DNA of 63,348 nucleotides, the filler included. It is 12 parts of 12 records of this genome, joined end to end, with 100 filler letters (N's around TTAATTAATTAA, not from the genome) between each part and the next. Parts side by side here need not be neighbours in the genome. Positions count along the whole stretch, not along the records: positions 22,192 to 25,446 come from SRR15195285_2391; positions 25,547 to 29,625 come from SRR15195285_2397; positions 29,726 to 33,291 come from SRR15195285_2402; 9 more parts are not named here. One strand, written 5' to 3'. The notes under the pieces were generated by a model. It was not told where the DNA came from and searched no databases. It worked only from the letters and a program-made list of their open reading frames with translations. A program made the position numbers and the translations under genes. Numbering within the stretch: position 1 is the stretch's first letter; the number at the start of each line of letters is the position of its first letter. Positions 22,496 through 33,391 of this stretch are shown in pieces.

Positions 22496-22791
22496 TCCGC
22501 GAGCAGCCGGCATCCATCCCCCCCGCCGTGCAGACCTCATCTCGTTGGATACGTCTTCATGATTACGACCCGGGGCGGTCGATCTCAGGAGTCGAGCGGA
22601 TTCCTCGTCGAGGACCACCTCGAGTCATCGCAAAGGCCTATATTTCCCAGTGCGAAATCCTCATGTCGCTGCAGTTTCCCCCCACACCAGAATGATGCTC
22701 CCGAGAATTGAAATTCACTGTCATATCGAAAATGAACACCGCAGCTGTGGGACACTATAGTACGTCCGCGTGGCGCGCCCCAGACGGCAGG

Positions 22792-25045
22792 ATGCTCGCA
22801 CGCGGCTGGCGCTCTGTACAGGTAAGGACCGGAGGGCACAGACCAGACTGGAGCAGACCAGCAGTTGTTGTGTGTGTTGCTGCTTTGCTCGGCACTTGGT
22901 CGACTGGAGCGTGGTGTGGTGTGGCGTGGCTCGGACTGACCGCTGCGAACGCCGCGCCGGTGCAGGTGCGGGTCGCCCGGCGCAGTTCAGCTGGATGCGT
23001 GGTGCAGCGCTGCCGCATGTCCAGCCTTGCCGCTGTGACTGGGCACGGCGGGACTGTGCCGAACTTCATCAACGGCCAGTTTGTCGAGTCGAAGACGGAT
23101 CGCTTCATCGACTGCATTAACCCGGTACGGAACCCAGCGCCTGCCGGCGCCGGCTGCTTGTAACCCCGCTCTGAGGCCGATTCGCGCCACCTCTGCAGGC
23201 GAACCAAGAGGTGCTGTCACGGGTGCCAGAGAGCACAGATGACGAGATGGAAGCGGCGGTCGCCGCAGCTAAGGCAGCGTTTCCAGCGTGGAGCAACACA
23301 TCTGTATCGGTGCGCTCGCGGATCATGTTCAAATTGCAGGAGCTGATCCGCGAGCACACGGACGAGATGGCGGATATCATTACTGTCGAGCTAGGCAAGG
23401 TGACCGCAGATGCCAAGGGAGACATCTTCCGCGGGTTGGAAATCGTCGAGCAGTCCTGCGCGATGGGCCAGACTATGCTCGGCGATACGCTCAGCAATGT
23501 CTCTGCCAACATGGACACAGTCATGATCCGCCAGCCGCTGGGCGTCTGCGCTGGCATCACCCCATTCAACTTCCCGGCGATGATTCCTCTCTGGATGTTT
23601 CCTGGTAAGCGCAGCGATCAAAGTTCTCGATCGTTGTGAGTGCGTTGCCCACACTGGCTTGACATGTGTCGTTGTGGACCACAGTTGCGGTTACGACCGG
23701 CAATACCTTTGTAATGAAGGTGTCCGAGATTGATCCGGGCGTCCCGATGATGCTCGCTCAACTAGCAAAGGAGGCTGGCCTGCCAGATGGTGCGCCTAGC
23801 CAGCGCCATCATATGGGTCGCCGCCACCATCCGCAAGCAGCACGGTATCCTCGATCGTGATCTGTGTTGCTGGCACGCCTTTTTTCTGCAGGTGTGCTCA
23901 ACATTATTCATGGTACAAAGGACTCCGTCAACTTCATCTGCGACCACCCAGACATCCGGGCTGTGTCTTTCGTTGGCTCCAACCCGATCGGCCACTTGGT
24001 GCACGCACGTTCCACACGCAACGGTAGCTCTTCTTTCCATATGATCGACACTCTCTTCCGTGTGGATGCGAAGCTTCGTGCTAATCGATAGTGCCCTTGC
24101 TGTGTTGCTGGATGCGTACACGCGCACAGGGAAGCGCTGCCAGGCCAACCTTGGCGCAAAAAATCACGGGGTGATCCTTCCCGACGCTGATCGGGAGCAG
24201 ACAATTGCCGCCCTTGCTGGCGCTGCATTCGGTGCGGCTGGGCAGCGTTGCATGGCCTTATCCACTGGTGTGATGGTCGGCGAGACACGGGGCTGGCTCG
24301 ATGACCTGGTAGAAGTTGCTGCAAAGCTCGAGCCAAACTTCGGCAAAGTGCCGACGGCCGATCTAGGCCCAGTGGTTACAGTTGAGGCCAAAGCGAGGAT
24401 CGAGAGCCTGATAACTTCGGCGGAGGAACAAGGCGCCACCATCTTGCTCGACGGCCGTGGTTACAGTGTAGAGGAGTACCCAGAAGGGAATTTTGTCGGG
24501 CCCACTATCATCGCGGACGTGACACCCGACATGGATTGCTACAAGGAAGAAGTCTTCGGCCCAGTGATGGTGCTGCTGAATGCGGACACGCTAGATGAGG
24601 CTATTTCCATTGTGAACGCTAATCCGTTTGGAAACGGCACAGCTGTCTTCACACAGAGTGGTGCCTCCGCGCGCAAGTTCCAGCATGAGATCGACTGCGG
24701 GCAGGTTGGGATCAACGTCCCGATTCCGGTCCCACTGCCGTTCTTTTCATTCACCGGCTCGCGCGCTTCTATCGTCGGCAAGTTCAATCAGCTCAGTGCC
24801 ATCTAGATCCCCCATATTAACCGTGTCTAGGCCATATCGCTCGCTGAGTGTCGATACTTAGTGGACGCCTTCGCAAGCGTTGATCAACGCCTGTCGTTTG
24901 TGCTGCAGGTGGACCACATTTCTATGGCAAGCAAGGAGTTGACTTCTACACGCAGTGCAAGACTGTCACATCACTGTGGGTGGAGCCTACAGCAGACCGA
25001 GAAATCGACAAGCATCTCAATTTCAAGGCGTCTGGCAAGCTTTAA
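22792..25045 (+). CDS. ALDH6A1: Methylmalonate-semialdehyde dehydrogenase (acylating), mitochondrial; introns 22822-22965, 23125-23198, 23605-23684, 23790-23891, 24024-24129, 24778-24908
   Basis: Family motifs [52 protein letters not shown] (catalytic Cys), [26 protein letters not shown] and [12 protein letters not shown]. Arg-rich N-terminal transit-like peptide. All six introns restore the frame. Confidence 0.96.
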
Positions 25046-25446
25046 AGAACTTAGGGCAACGACACCCGACCGCGCCAATCCAACATGGAGTGGTAGATGG
25101 TCTTCAAATTGCAGGACTCCGAATCAATCTGATCAATGCTTACAGATCGGAACAATGTATGCATACACGTCTATGTATTCGTGATGAACCACAGACGATG
25201 ATTGAGTTCAATGGGGAGCCGTAGAGCTTAGATACATCGTACGAGCGTACATACATCCTACGAGCGTACATATAGGGAAAGGGGTGCTCTAGCGAGAAGG
25301 GACACCCCCTCAGGGAGGGACGGAAGAGAACACGGAAGACACAGCCAAGAAGGGAGGATGTTTTGGGATACTCTCATTGGTCGGTCAAAAATTGTGGGAG
25401 AGGCCGTTTGAGCCATTGCCTTGCGAGTTGACAGACCTGCACCCAC

Positions 25447-25546
25447 NNNNNNNNNNNNNNNNNNNNNNNNNNNNNNNNNNNNNNNNNNNNTTAATTAATT
25501 AANNNNNNNNNNNNNNNNNNNNNNNNNNNNNNNNNNNNNNNNNNNN
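25447..25546. other. Artificial contig-joining spacer
   Basis: N44-TTAATTAATTAA-N44. Confidence 0.99.
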
Positions 25547-25582
25547 AGGTCATGTCTTAGGCGAAGGGGGTGTTAAGCCATG

Positions 25583-26011
25583 CTACAACCAAACGATTGT
25601 CGGGACGGAACCGGTGCCATTATGCCCATCACAGAACTCCCATCCATGCGATGGTGGAACATGTGAGTCGACGGAAACCCTATAAAACCATTCGTCGCGC
25701 CCTTCCCACCACGCCAGCAACCACTTCCCGCTCGAGTTGTATATTGTGTACTCGTCATCATCGATCTTGCAATATTTTGGCTTGCCATATCTAGTTCCAT
25801 TTTCTTTGTAGAAACCATTGCAGTCCGTATGACCTGCATTATCAACTCGAAGTACTGCTCCGACCGGGTGTTGTGTAGCAACCGAGACACTTTGCAGCCA
25901 TGCGATCTTCGCTAGTGCCTCAGCAAGCTGCGCTTGCGCATCGAAGGCGACGCCAGCTTGCCGCCGCGTTTCTCGCTCTGCTGCCTCACGCCGCGCGCGC
26001 TCCGCCTCCGC
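25583..26011 (-). CDS. Probable terminal exon of a hypothetical protein (not in the ORF track)
   Basis: A 143-codon stop-terminated frame follows a CTAAC...CAG acceptor: AEAERARREAAERETRR...VLRVDNAGHTDCNGFYKENGTRYGKPKYCK...WFYRVSVDSHVPPSHGWEFCDGHNGTGSVPTIVWL*. Confidence 0.55.
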   Translation of the reverse strand, partial: AEAERARREAAERETRRQAGVAFDAQAQLAEALAKIAWLQSVSVATQHPVGAVLRVDNAGHTDCNGFYKENGTRYGKPKYCKIDDDEYTIYNSSGKWLLAWWEGRDEWFYRVSVDSHVPPSHGWEFCDGHNGTGSVPTIVWL

Positions 26012-26876
26012 CTGCGCTGTTAGCTACATGTAGGTCAAAATGCTGGAAAGTGCTCTCAAGGGGTCAAAGTGCCAAAAGCAATGCTAGCATTATTTCGTCG
26101 GCCCAAGTCGCGTGATGCGGATTGCGATGCGGACAAAATGGCAACTCACCAAGACTCAAGTACCACTACCAGGTACATGATCATGACATGTACACGTACA
26201 TGTACACGAGTACCGTACATGGACCGACCGGTACAGTGTACCGTACCAGCTCTAGCTCTAGGTTTGGGTACTACTGACCAGTATCGAATCTGTTCTGCTG
26301 ACCCCGAAGTACGATTCTGTTTGTATGATCGAATATGTTTCGCTTACCCTCAGGGAAGACGCGCCTCTTCCCGGGATTACTCGCTCGTCGATAATTATCG
26401 CACGGATCTTTGCCCCTCTATTTCCTCAGAAATGCGATACGATCCCGCCACTGGGTTCGTGGACCCCGATGACATTCATCCGATGAGGATGAAGCGGAGC
26501 GCCAACGGATTATGGTACAAATGCATAGTACTCGTACAATACTTTTCGAATAGTAGATTCCAACATGTACACTAGAGATAGTCAGAAATCGGCCCTGAGT
26601 CATGACCGAGTCATGACTTTTTCATGACTTGGGACACGGGACAGAAACTGGTATGGCAGAATGCATTGTAGGGATCCCCACTCGTACAAAACTGGTACCG
26701 GTACTATGATGGTATTCATACATTCTTGATTCTAACATGTAGGAGCCATCGAATCCAGTCGTTGTGCTCCGTCCACGCCATAATTTCCCACCCCGCGCGC
26801 GTGAGCACTCAGTGAGCTCGCGCCACCGCGTGTGGCCGCGGCCGCCGCGTGTGGCCGCGGCGTGCATGTGCGAATT

Positions 26877-29347
26877 TCACGGCAAGAATGGTCCCCAAAA
26901 GTTGCCGTTTTCCAACGCCTGGTTGCACGCCGACCCGTCGTGCCCACCACGTTCAGGGCTGTACACCGTCGCATTGAGCTTTTGCACGGCGGTATGGAGC
27001 TCGTTCCACTTCTCCGCGTTCTCCATTGCGACATTCCGAATCTCGTGTGGGTCTGCGAGGATATCGTAGAGACACCCTGTCTGCGCGGTGCGGCCACAAC
27101 GTTGGGTCAAGTTCCTCCACTCTACTGTTGCACTTGTGTTGGGACTCTGCTCGCCCGCCCAGCCTGCCATGTCCAAGATATCGCCAGGGCCCTCACCGAT
27201 GATAAGTTTCCATGGCGGCCGTATAAGGGCAGCAACTACCGTGGTGGTCCCACCAGCTTCGTCACCGCCGATGTGGGAGCCAATCACAATCTCCGAGCGC
27301 GGGGACGTCCCGTTGCTGCCGCTGAGCATAGGCCACATGTTGTACGAGTCTACCTGTGGCAATCCAGCTGCCGCAGCTACGGAATCGTAAAGGTCTGTAA
27401 TTCCACCCAATGCAGCCCATGTCGCGTACCTGCGTACCAAAGTCACGTATCCCACAAGGACTTTAGGGTGACACGCAACACCAAGCCAAAACGGCATTTG
27501 ACGAAGGTTTACCAATCCCAAGCGGTCACAAACCCTCGTGCGATGGAGCCATGAGCATGAGCTGGCAGCCACCCTCCGGAGACCAGGGCGTTTACACGAA
27601 TCCCGCCCTCCCAGTTAGAGAACTGCATGCACAGACGCGTATGTGACAAGCATACAGTACCCACGATATCAACAATTTCGGCGGCACACGGGCCGAGAGC
27701 TACGACAACAATGTTGGCCAATGATGCCACACTCACCTTGCCACCTTTCAAAGGGAAGTTGTTAGCCCCTTTGTCCAACGGCCCACCGTTATCCGCGTTC
27801 AGCGACAAGAGGGTATTCTCCCATAGCCCAGCATCCTTGAGCGACTGTATCACCCGCCCGATTGCTGTATCGATCCAATTTACCATTGCGTGGTATGCTT
27901 GGCGATCTGGCTGGTCGATGAAGTCAAAGCGAGCAAGCTGGACATCGGGCACCTGCAGTGGGCCATGCACGATATGGGGGGCCCAGAAAATGAACAGTGG
28001 CTCATCGTTGGACGTGTTCGCCACCTTATCAGTGTACCAGCTGATTATCCGCTGGACTCTCGCCTCAAATACTTCGTCTTCATACTGGCACTTCTCGCCT
28101 GCTGAGACGTTTTGGGACTCGTCTGTGCAAGAGGGTGAGTTCACATACTCATACCCAGGCCGACCCATACGTGGGATTCCAGCCTGACCCCCTGGTGGGT
28201 AGTTCCACATGTCAACCGGACCCACCTTCCCGGTGTCAAGCCTTGGTCGATTTTCTTGCGTGTCGGGGGCACAAGGAATGACCTGCGCATTGGTTGCGCA
28301 TGCCGTAGTCGACCACGCCACCAACGTGCTCGCCGAGGTCGCAAACGCCGCCACAGTGAGGTTGTGCTGCCCACCAGAGCTGATGCGGTCGCACGGCAGC
28401 TGAAACTTCCAGCCGTTGAACCCAGGGTGTTTGGGCGCCTTCGGGCGCGAGATGTTCGCCTCTTGCCTGCTGCCGTACGGCGTGCCGTCGATCGAGAGCT
28501 GGACGTACACTGAAAGGTGGCCAGCACTCACGAAGCCCGCCCAACCGCTGACTCCGCATTCACCATTTCCGTAGTTAATGATGTCCTTTATTCCACTCCC
28601 TGTGACGTCGACGCCTGGAGTAGAGTTGTGACAGACGTTGCCGTCGCGGAAAGTGTAGTAGTCGTTTGCATGGCTGAAGTAGATGAGGGTCGAGTCGTAG
28701 CCTCTGCCAGCTGGTGTGTGAGTGGGTGTGGCCATACCAGCGTCCCACTTCCCTATCATGTGGGTTGAGTAACCCGCGCGCTTCATGACCTGTGCTACCG
28801 TCGTCATGTTGCGTGGAATACCAGCGAAACCTCCGACAGGGTCTTGCAGGTTGAACGTCGTGGGCTGGGCATTGACAACGTTGACGTGCACTGGCGCGCG
28901 TCCCGACTATGCAGGTAGGCAAAAGTTAGCCGCAACAACTCCGAGGCGCAAGGGCAGCGCACTGGTGCACAGGCAGGCCCGGCCAGTGTGTGTTACCTGC
29001 ATCGCCGAACGTGTGGGGCTGCAGAACTGGTGAACGTCTGCGCGTGAGTGGGAGCGCCGTTGTTAGCAACCGCTGACTTCTCACGGCCAGCGGTTGGCAT
29101 GGAGAGGGAGCCAGCCGGACTTACAGAAACGGTCCAGCTGCACCCCTGCGGCTACGAGCTCGTCCATGACGGGCGTCTGTACTTCACGGTATCCGCCAGG
29201 GCGGTGCATCCCAATCTCTGCCCAGCCGAAGTCGTCCAGTAAAATGTGGAGAATGTGCGGTTTGGTCGTGGCAGTCGGTGTTGTCACGGCCGCTTCTACG
29301 GCAGCAGATGTCGCCACAACGAGGACCACCGTCGGCAGAGCGGCCAT
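26877..29347 (-). CDS. Secreted arylsulfatase (family S1, arylsulfatase B/I/J-like), multi-exon, with an inserted beta-rich domain
   Basis: Signal peptide; KPHILHILLDDFGW; formylglycine motif FCSPTRSA; GYSTHMIGKWDAG; APHIVHGPLQVP; DNGG...NNFPLKGGK|FSNWEGGIRV; LYDILADPHE. Confidence 0.92.
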
Positions 29348-29625
29348 GTGCACGTACGGTATCAAGATGTTGGTGCCATTGCGGCGCCGCACGCAATGGC
29401 ACGCACCCCTCCGTCGGGTGCGCGTGGAGGTGCAGCCCCGGAAAGTGGCGAGAATGTGTACATGAACGAATGCATGCATGCCGGTAATCGATTCAGTCGA
29501 AATTCAATACAGCGACTGATGAGAATTCAGAATTCGGCATGCATTCGATTTCAGATCAATTCCGAAATCATGCGCACGCATGCACCATGCAAGATGCATC
29601 ATCTGAGACGGCCGGCGCGCGGCCG

Positions 29626-29725
29626 NNNNNNNNNNNNNNNNNNNNNNNNNNNNNNNNNNNNNNNNNNNNTTAATTAATTAANNNNNNNNNNNNNNNNNNN
29701 NNNNNNNNNNNNNNNNNNNNNNNNN
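29626..29725. other. Artificial contig-joining spacer
   Basis: N44-TTAATTAATTAA-N44. Confidence 0.99.
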
Positions 29726-32700
29726 CTGCGGATCAGCTCGACGCTCAGCGCTCGCGTCACGAACACAAGCATCGACGAGCCGGCGGATGAGTGGTCCAGT
29801 GCCGTCTCGACGTTTGGGGCCAGCGTCGCCACCTGCTTTGGCAACCCTTGTGGCACTGGCAGCAGATGCAGCTTCAGAGATCACAGCACACTCTGCGAGG
29901 CGTGTGGTCCGAACGAGATCGGTGTGGATGGGATCTCCTGCCTAGCGTGCTCACCTGGCAGCCAGCCGAATGACGAGCAGACCGAATGTGTGCAGTGCGA
30001 GTCAGGTCGTGCTAGTACCATCGGAATCTGCATGTTCTGTGCGGCTGGCAAAACCAGCTCTGTGGATCGAACAGGCTGCATTCCTTGTCAACCTGGCACA
30101 TATCGTGGCGCCGAAGACAACGAGTGCGTTCAGTGTCCCGTAGGAACACAGAGCTCGGACGGCGTTGATTGTCAGGCGTGTCCAGCAGGAACGAGCCCGA
30201 GGGAATCCCGCGACGGGTGTACTGCGTGCGACGCAGGCAAGCACAGCACTGCTGGCATCGACTGCACGCCGTGCGATGCAGGAAGCCAGCCCTCTGCGCT
30301 GCTGACCGGGTGTGACTCTTGCACGCTCTCTGGCCCAAACTCATACTCACCCGACGGAGCTGCATGTCGCGACTGCCCAACTCGAAACACACCGAACTAT
30401 GAGCGGACAGAGTGTTCCTGCCAAGTGGACACTTACAATGCTCTGGAGATTGGCACAGTGAGCTGTCATGGAGCCGTCTTCTACGCTGATGGTATCGCTT
30501 CGGATGAGTGCACAGTGTGCCCACCATGCTTGGACTGCAGTGTCAGTGGCGAGACCACGTTGAAGAGCGGATGGTCGTTCTTCGGTGCATCTGGAGATGC
30601 ATACCAATGTCCAGGCAGAGATGAGTTCGAGGCCTGCCCACCTGCGCTGCTCAACGAGACCGCATCAAGCAGCTGCGCGGTCGGCTACACGGGACCCGTG
30701 TGTGGCAATTGCGAGCTTGGTTTCACCCACATCAAGGTCAGCAAAGCCTGCTCTCCTTGTGACGATGGGGTCGTTGATGTGCCTTCTATCCTGGCACTGT
30801 TCTGCTTCGGATTGGTCGTGGCAGGTGTTGCCCTCAGTGGCATAATGAGCATCATTCAAGAGCACAGCTTTGTCACTGATGCTCGGATCCTCGTGGGATT
30901 CTTTCAGATCTTGAGCCAGTCACCCCACGTTCTTAACCTGACGCTACCATATCCAGCGCCTCAGTTCATCGACATCGTGAAGCTCTTGTTCCTGAACCTG
31001 GGAAAGATTGTGAAGCTTGAGTGAGTGTGATAACTCTGCAAACAACGCAATTCAATTCATTCCATCGCACTTCACCTAACACACGGGCGGTTGTCACACA
31101 CAGCTGCTGGACTGCAGGTGGCTTTTACGGCAACGCCGCAGTAAACATTTTCGTGGTCCCGATCGTGATCGGCGGCATCTGCGGGCTCACGTACATCTAT
31201 CGTCGCAAAACTCTGCAGGCTATCATCGAGATGGGAGCTGCGGAACCAATGGCTTTGAATGCGCTGAAGGTCCAGCTGCAGCAGAACCTCTTCTTCTGCA
31301 TCTTCCTTGTCTATCCAACCATCACGACGTGCGTACTAAGCGCTTGACCACCATATCACGCGCGCGCGCGCGCACGGTCACGTGCCAATCTGATTCGGTC
31401 GCGTTGACAACAGGACACTATTCCGCATTCCGATGTGCACGCACTTCGGTGGGGCGTCGTTTCATGAGGACGACTATACCATCGACTGCAGCTCATCCTC
31501 GTTTGTTTGGGTTGAGAGCTTGGCAGTATTCGGAGTCGTGCTTGTCCCGATCGGTGTACCGGCCGCATTCACGTATTTCATGCTGCGCGCCAAGCAGCAA
31601 CTGCCTGATGGAATCGTGAACCAGACAGACCTTGGTGGCGCAAAACTCTCACCGGATGAAACTGAGGACGCCGCTGACACGTACGGATTTCTGACCAAGG
31701 ATTATCGCCCAAGTTGCTGGTACTTCGAGGTTGTCACGGTAAGTTGCGCCAAACTATTCTACACGTCCTACCCTCGGTTTACTACTCGTCTATGTGCATT
31801 AATGGTGCTGGCCCCGCAGTACGCCCGCAAGCTACTCCTCGGAGGGATTTCGGTACTTGTTGGTCGTGGCACCATGGCACAGACTTATTTCATGGTTGCC
31901 ACCGAAGCTGCGTTCCTCATGCTGCACATGCGCACGTATCCGTTCGTGGTCTACAAACACAATGTGATCGAGGCGCTGGGCCACTGCTCACTCATGCTGC
32001 TTTACGCCGCATCGCTCATCTTGCGCAATGTGAACGAGGACGATTGGGACAACGAGATTTTCCCCCAGGAAGCCTGTGAGTGGTCCTCTATCATGCACAC
32101 CAGGTGCGTGTTCTTATCTGGCTGTTGCTTGCTGTATGTTCTACAGACGGTTGGCTGCTCGTGTTTCTCTTCCTAGTCTTGCTCCCATCGCCGTCGTTCT
32201 ACTTCTATCACAAAGACACACGCAACCACAGCAAGAGAGAGATCGAGTTCAGCCGAGAGAACTTCGAAGAAAATCCACTCGCGATAGATTCAGGAGATGG
32301 CGAAGACAACTCGAAAGCACCTGCATCGCGGGCAGTGGTTTTCAAGTTCCAGCGCGACAACAAGGTCCTGCTGGCAAAGAACAAACAACTGCAGAAAGAC
32401 AACGCCGCATTGCGCAGAAACAAGTCGCTTCCAGATTCTAACCACGATGGTTCACAAGCTGATGTGGAGATGTTTGATGGTGATGCTGACACAGGCCCAG
32501 CCACAAAGAAGCACCCAGTTGATGAGCTGAAGGACTTTGCTACAGACGAGAGCCTGAGCGAGGAGGCTCGTGCTGCTGCCAAGACGGCGCGGGAGACGCT
32601 GGTGGCTTCTCAAATTGCGCTTACCCACCTGCGCTCGGAGGAAGTGTTTAGCAACCAAATCCTCACGCAACTGGGAGCAAAGCACGACGATGTTGCCACT

Positions 32701-32964
32701 TCAGCCCGGCAGGACCTGCTTGGTTGGCTTTCAGCCAACCGACTGCTTCGGTACGCAGAAATTGTCATGCAGGTTGCAGGCAAGGATGCGGCCTCAAGCG
32801 ATCTCGTACATCTGACCGAGGACAACATCGAGACAATTAGCGAGCCTATGGCACACGTCGAGAAGCTGCGGCTCAATGCAGCACTGCAAGCTTTGCGCGA
32901 GAAGGGGCAGCCAACAGAGCCAGCAGAGGCAGAGGCAGCAGGGCCACAAGTGAGTAGTGGTTGA
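29726..32964 (+). CDS. 5'-partial membrane protein: Cys-rich (GCC2/GCC3, ephrin-receptor-like) repeats, multi-pass TM region, coiled coil and C-terminal SAM domain
   Basis: Tandem CxxCxxG repeats (CLACSPGS, CIPCQPGT, CQACPAGT); CAVGYTGPVCGNC; RILVGFFQIL; YGFLTKDYRPSCWYFEVV; SAM-like LLGWLSANRLLRYAE...DLVHLTEDNI...EKLRLNAAL. GT-AG introns near 31021, 31329-31413, 31739 and 32075. Confidence 0.82.
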
Positions 32965-33291
32965 AGAAGCGAGCAAAGGGCTGTGATTGCCTGCTAAGAC
33001 AATGATGGCGAAGAATGACAAAGGGTTTCCGCTTGATGACTGAAAAGACGGGTAAGACAAAAAGACGATGATGCTGATGTCCTGTTGAGTAGATTAGGAG
33101 GTAGAGTAGCTGAGCAGAGCTGAGGAAGTGGGGCTGAGCGGCGCGGCGCAGACCGGACCGGAGTGGAGTGGCGCACCAAGGAAGGGAAGTCCGCAACTGT
33201 CCATTAGATGTAGAGGAAATAAATCGCACGTTGCGGCTTTGAGTCTAGGTTCGCGCCTATCTAATTGGTTCAAGGACGGGGCACTTTCCCC

Positions 33292-33391
33292 NNNNNNNNN
33301 NNNNNNNNNNNNNNNNNNNNNNNNNNNNNNNNNNNTTAATTAATTAANNNNNNNNNNNNNNNNNNNNNNNNNNNNNNNNNNNNNNNNNNNN
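33292..33391. other. Artificial contig-joining spacer
   Basis: N44-TTAATTAATTAA-N44. Confidence 0.99.

Noticed and set aside
26069-26575. 168-aa plus-strand ORF
   Set aside because: It runs through GTAC/CATG simple-sequence tracts, has a non-ATG start and no recognisable motif.
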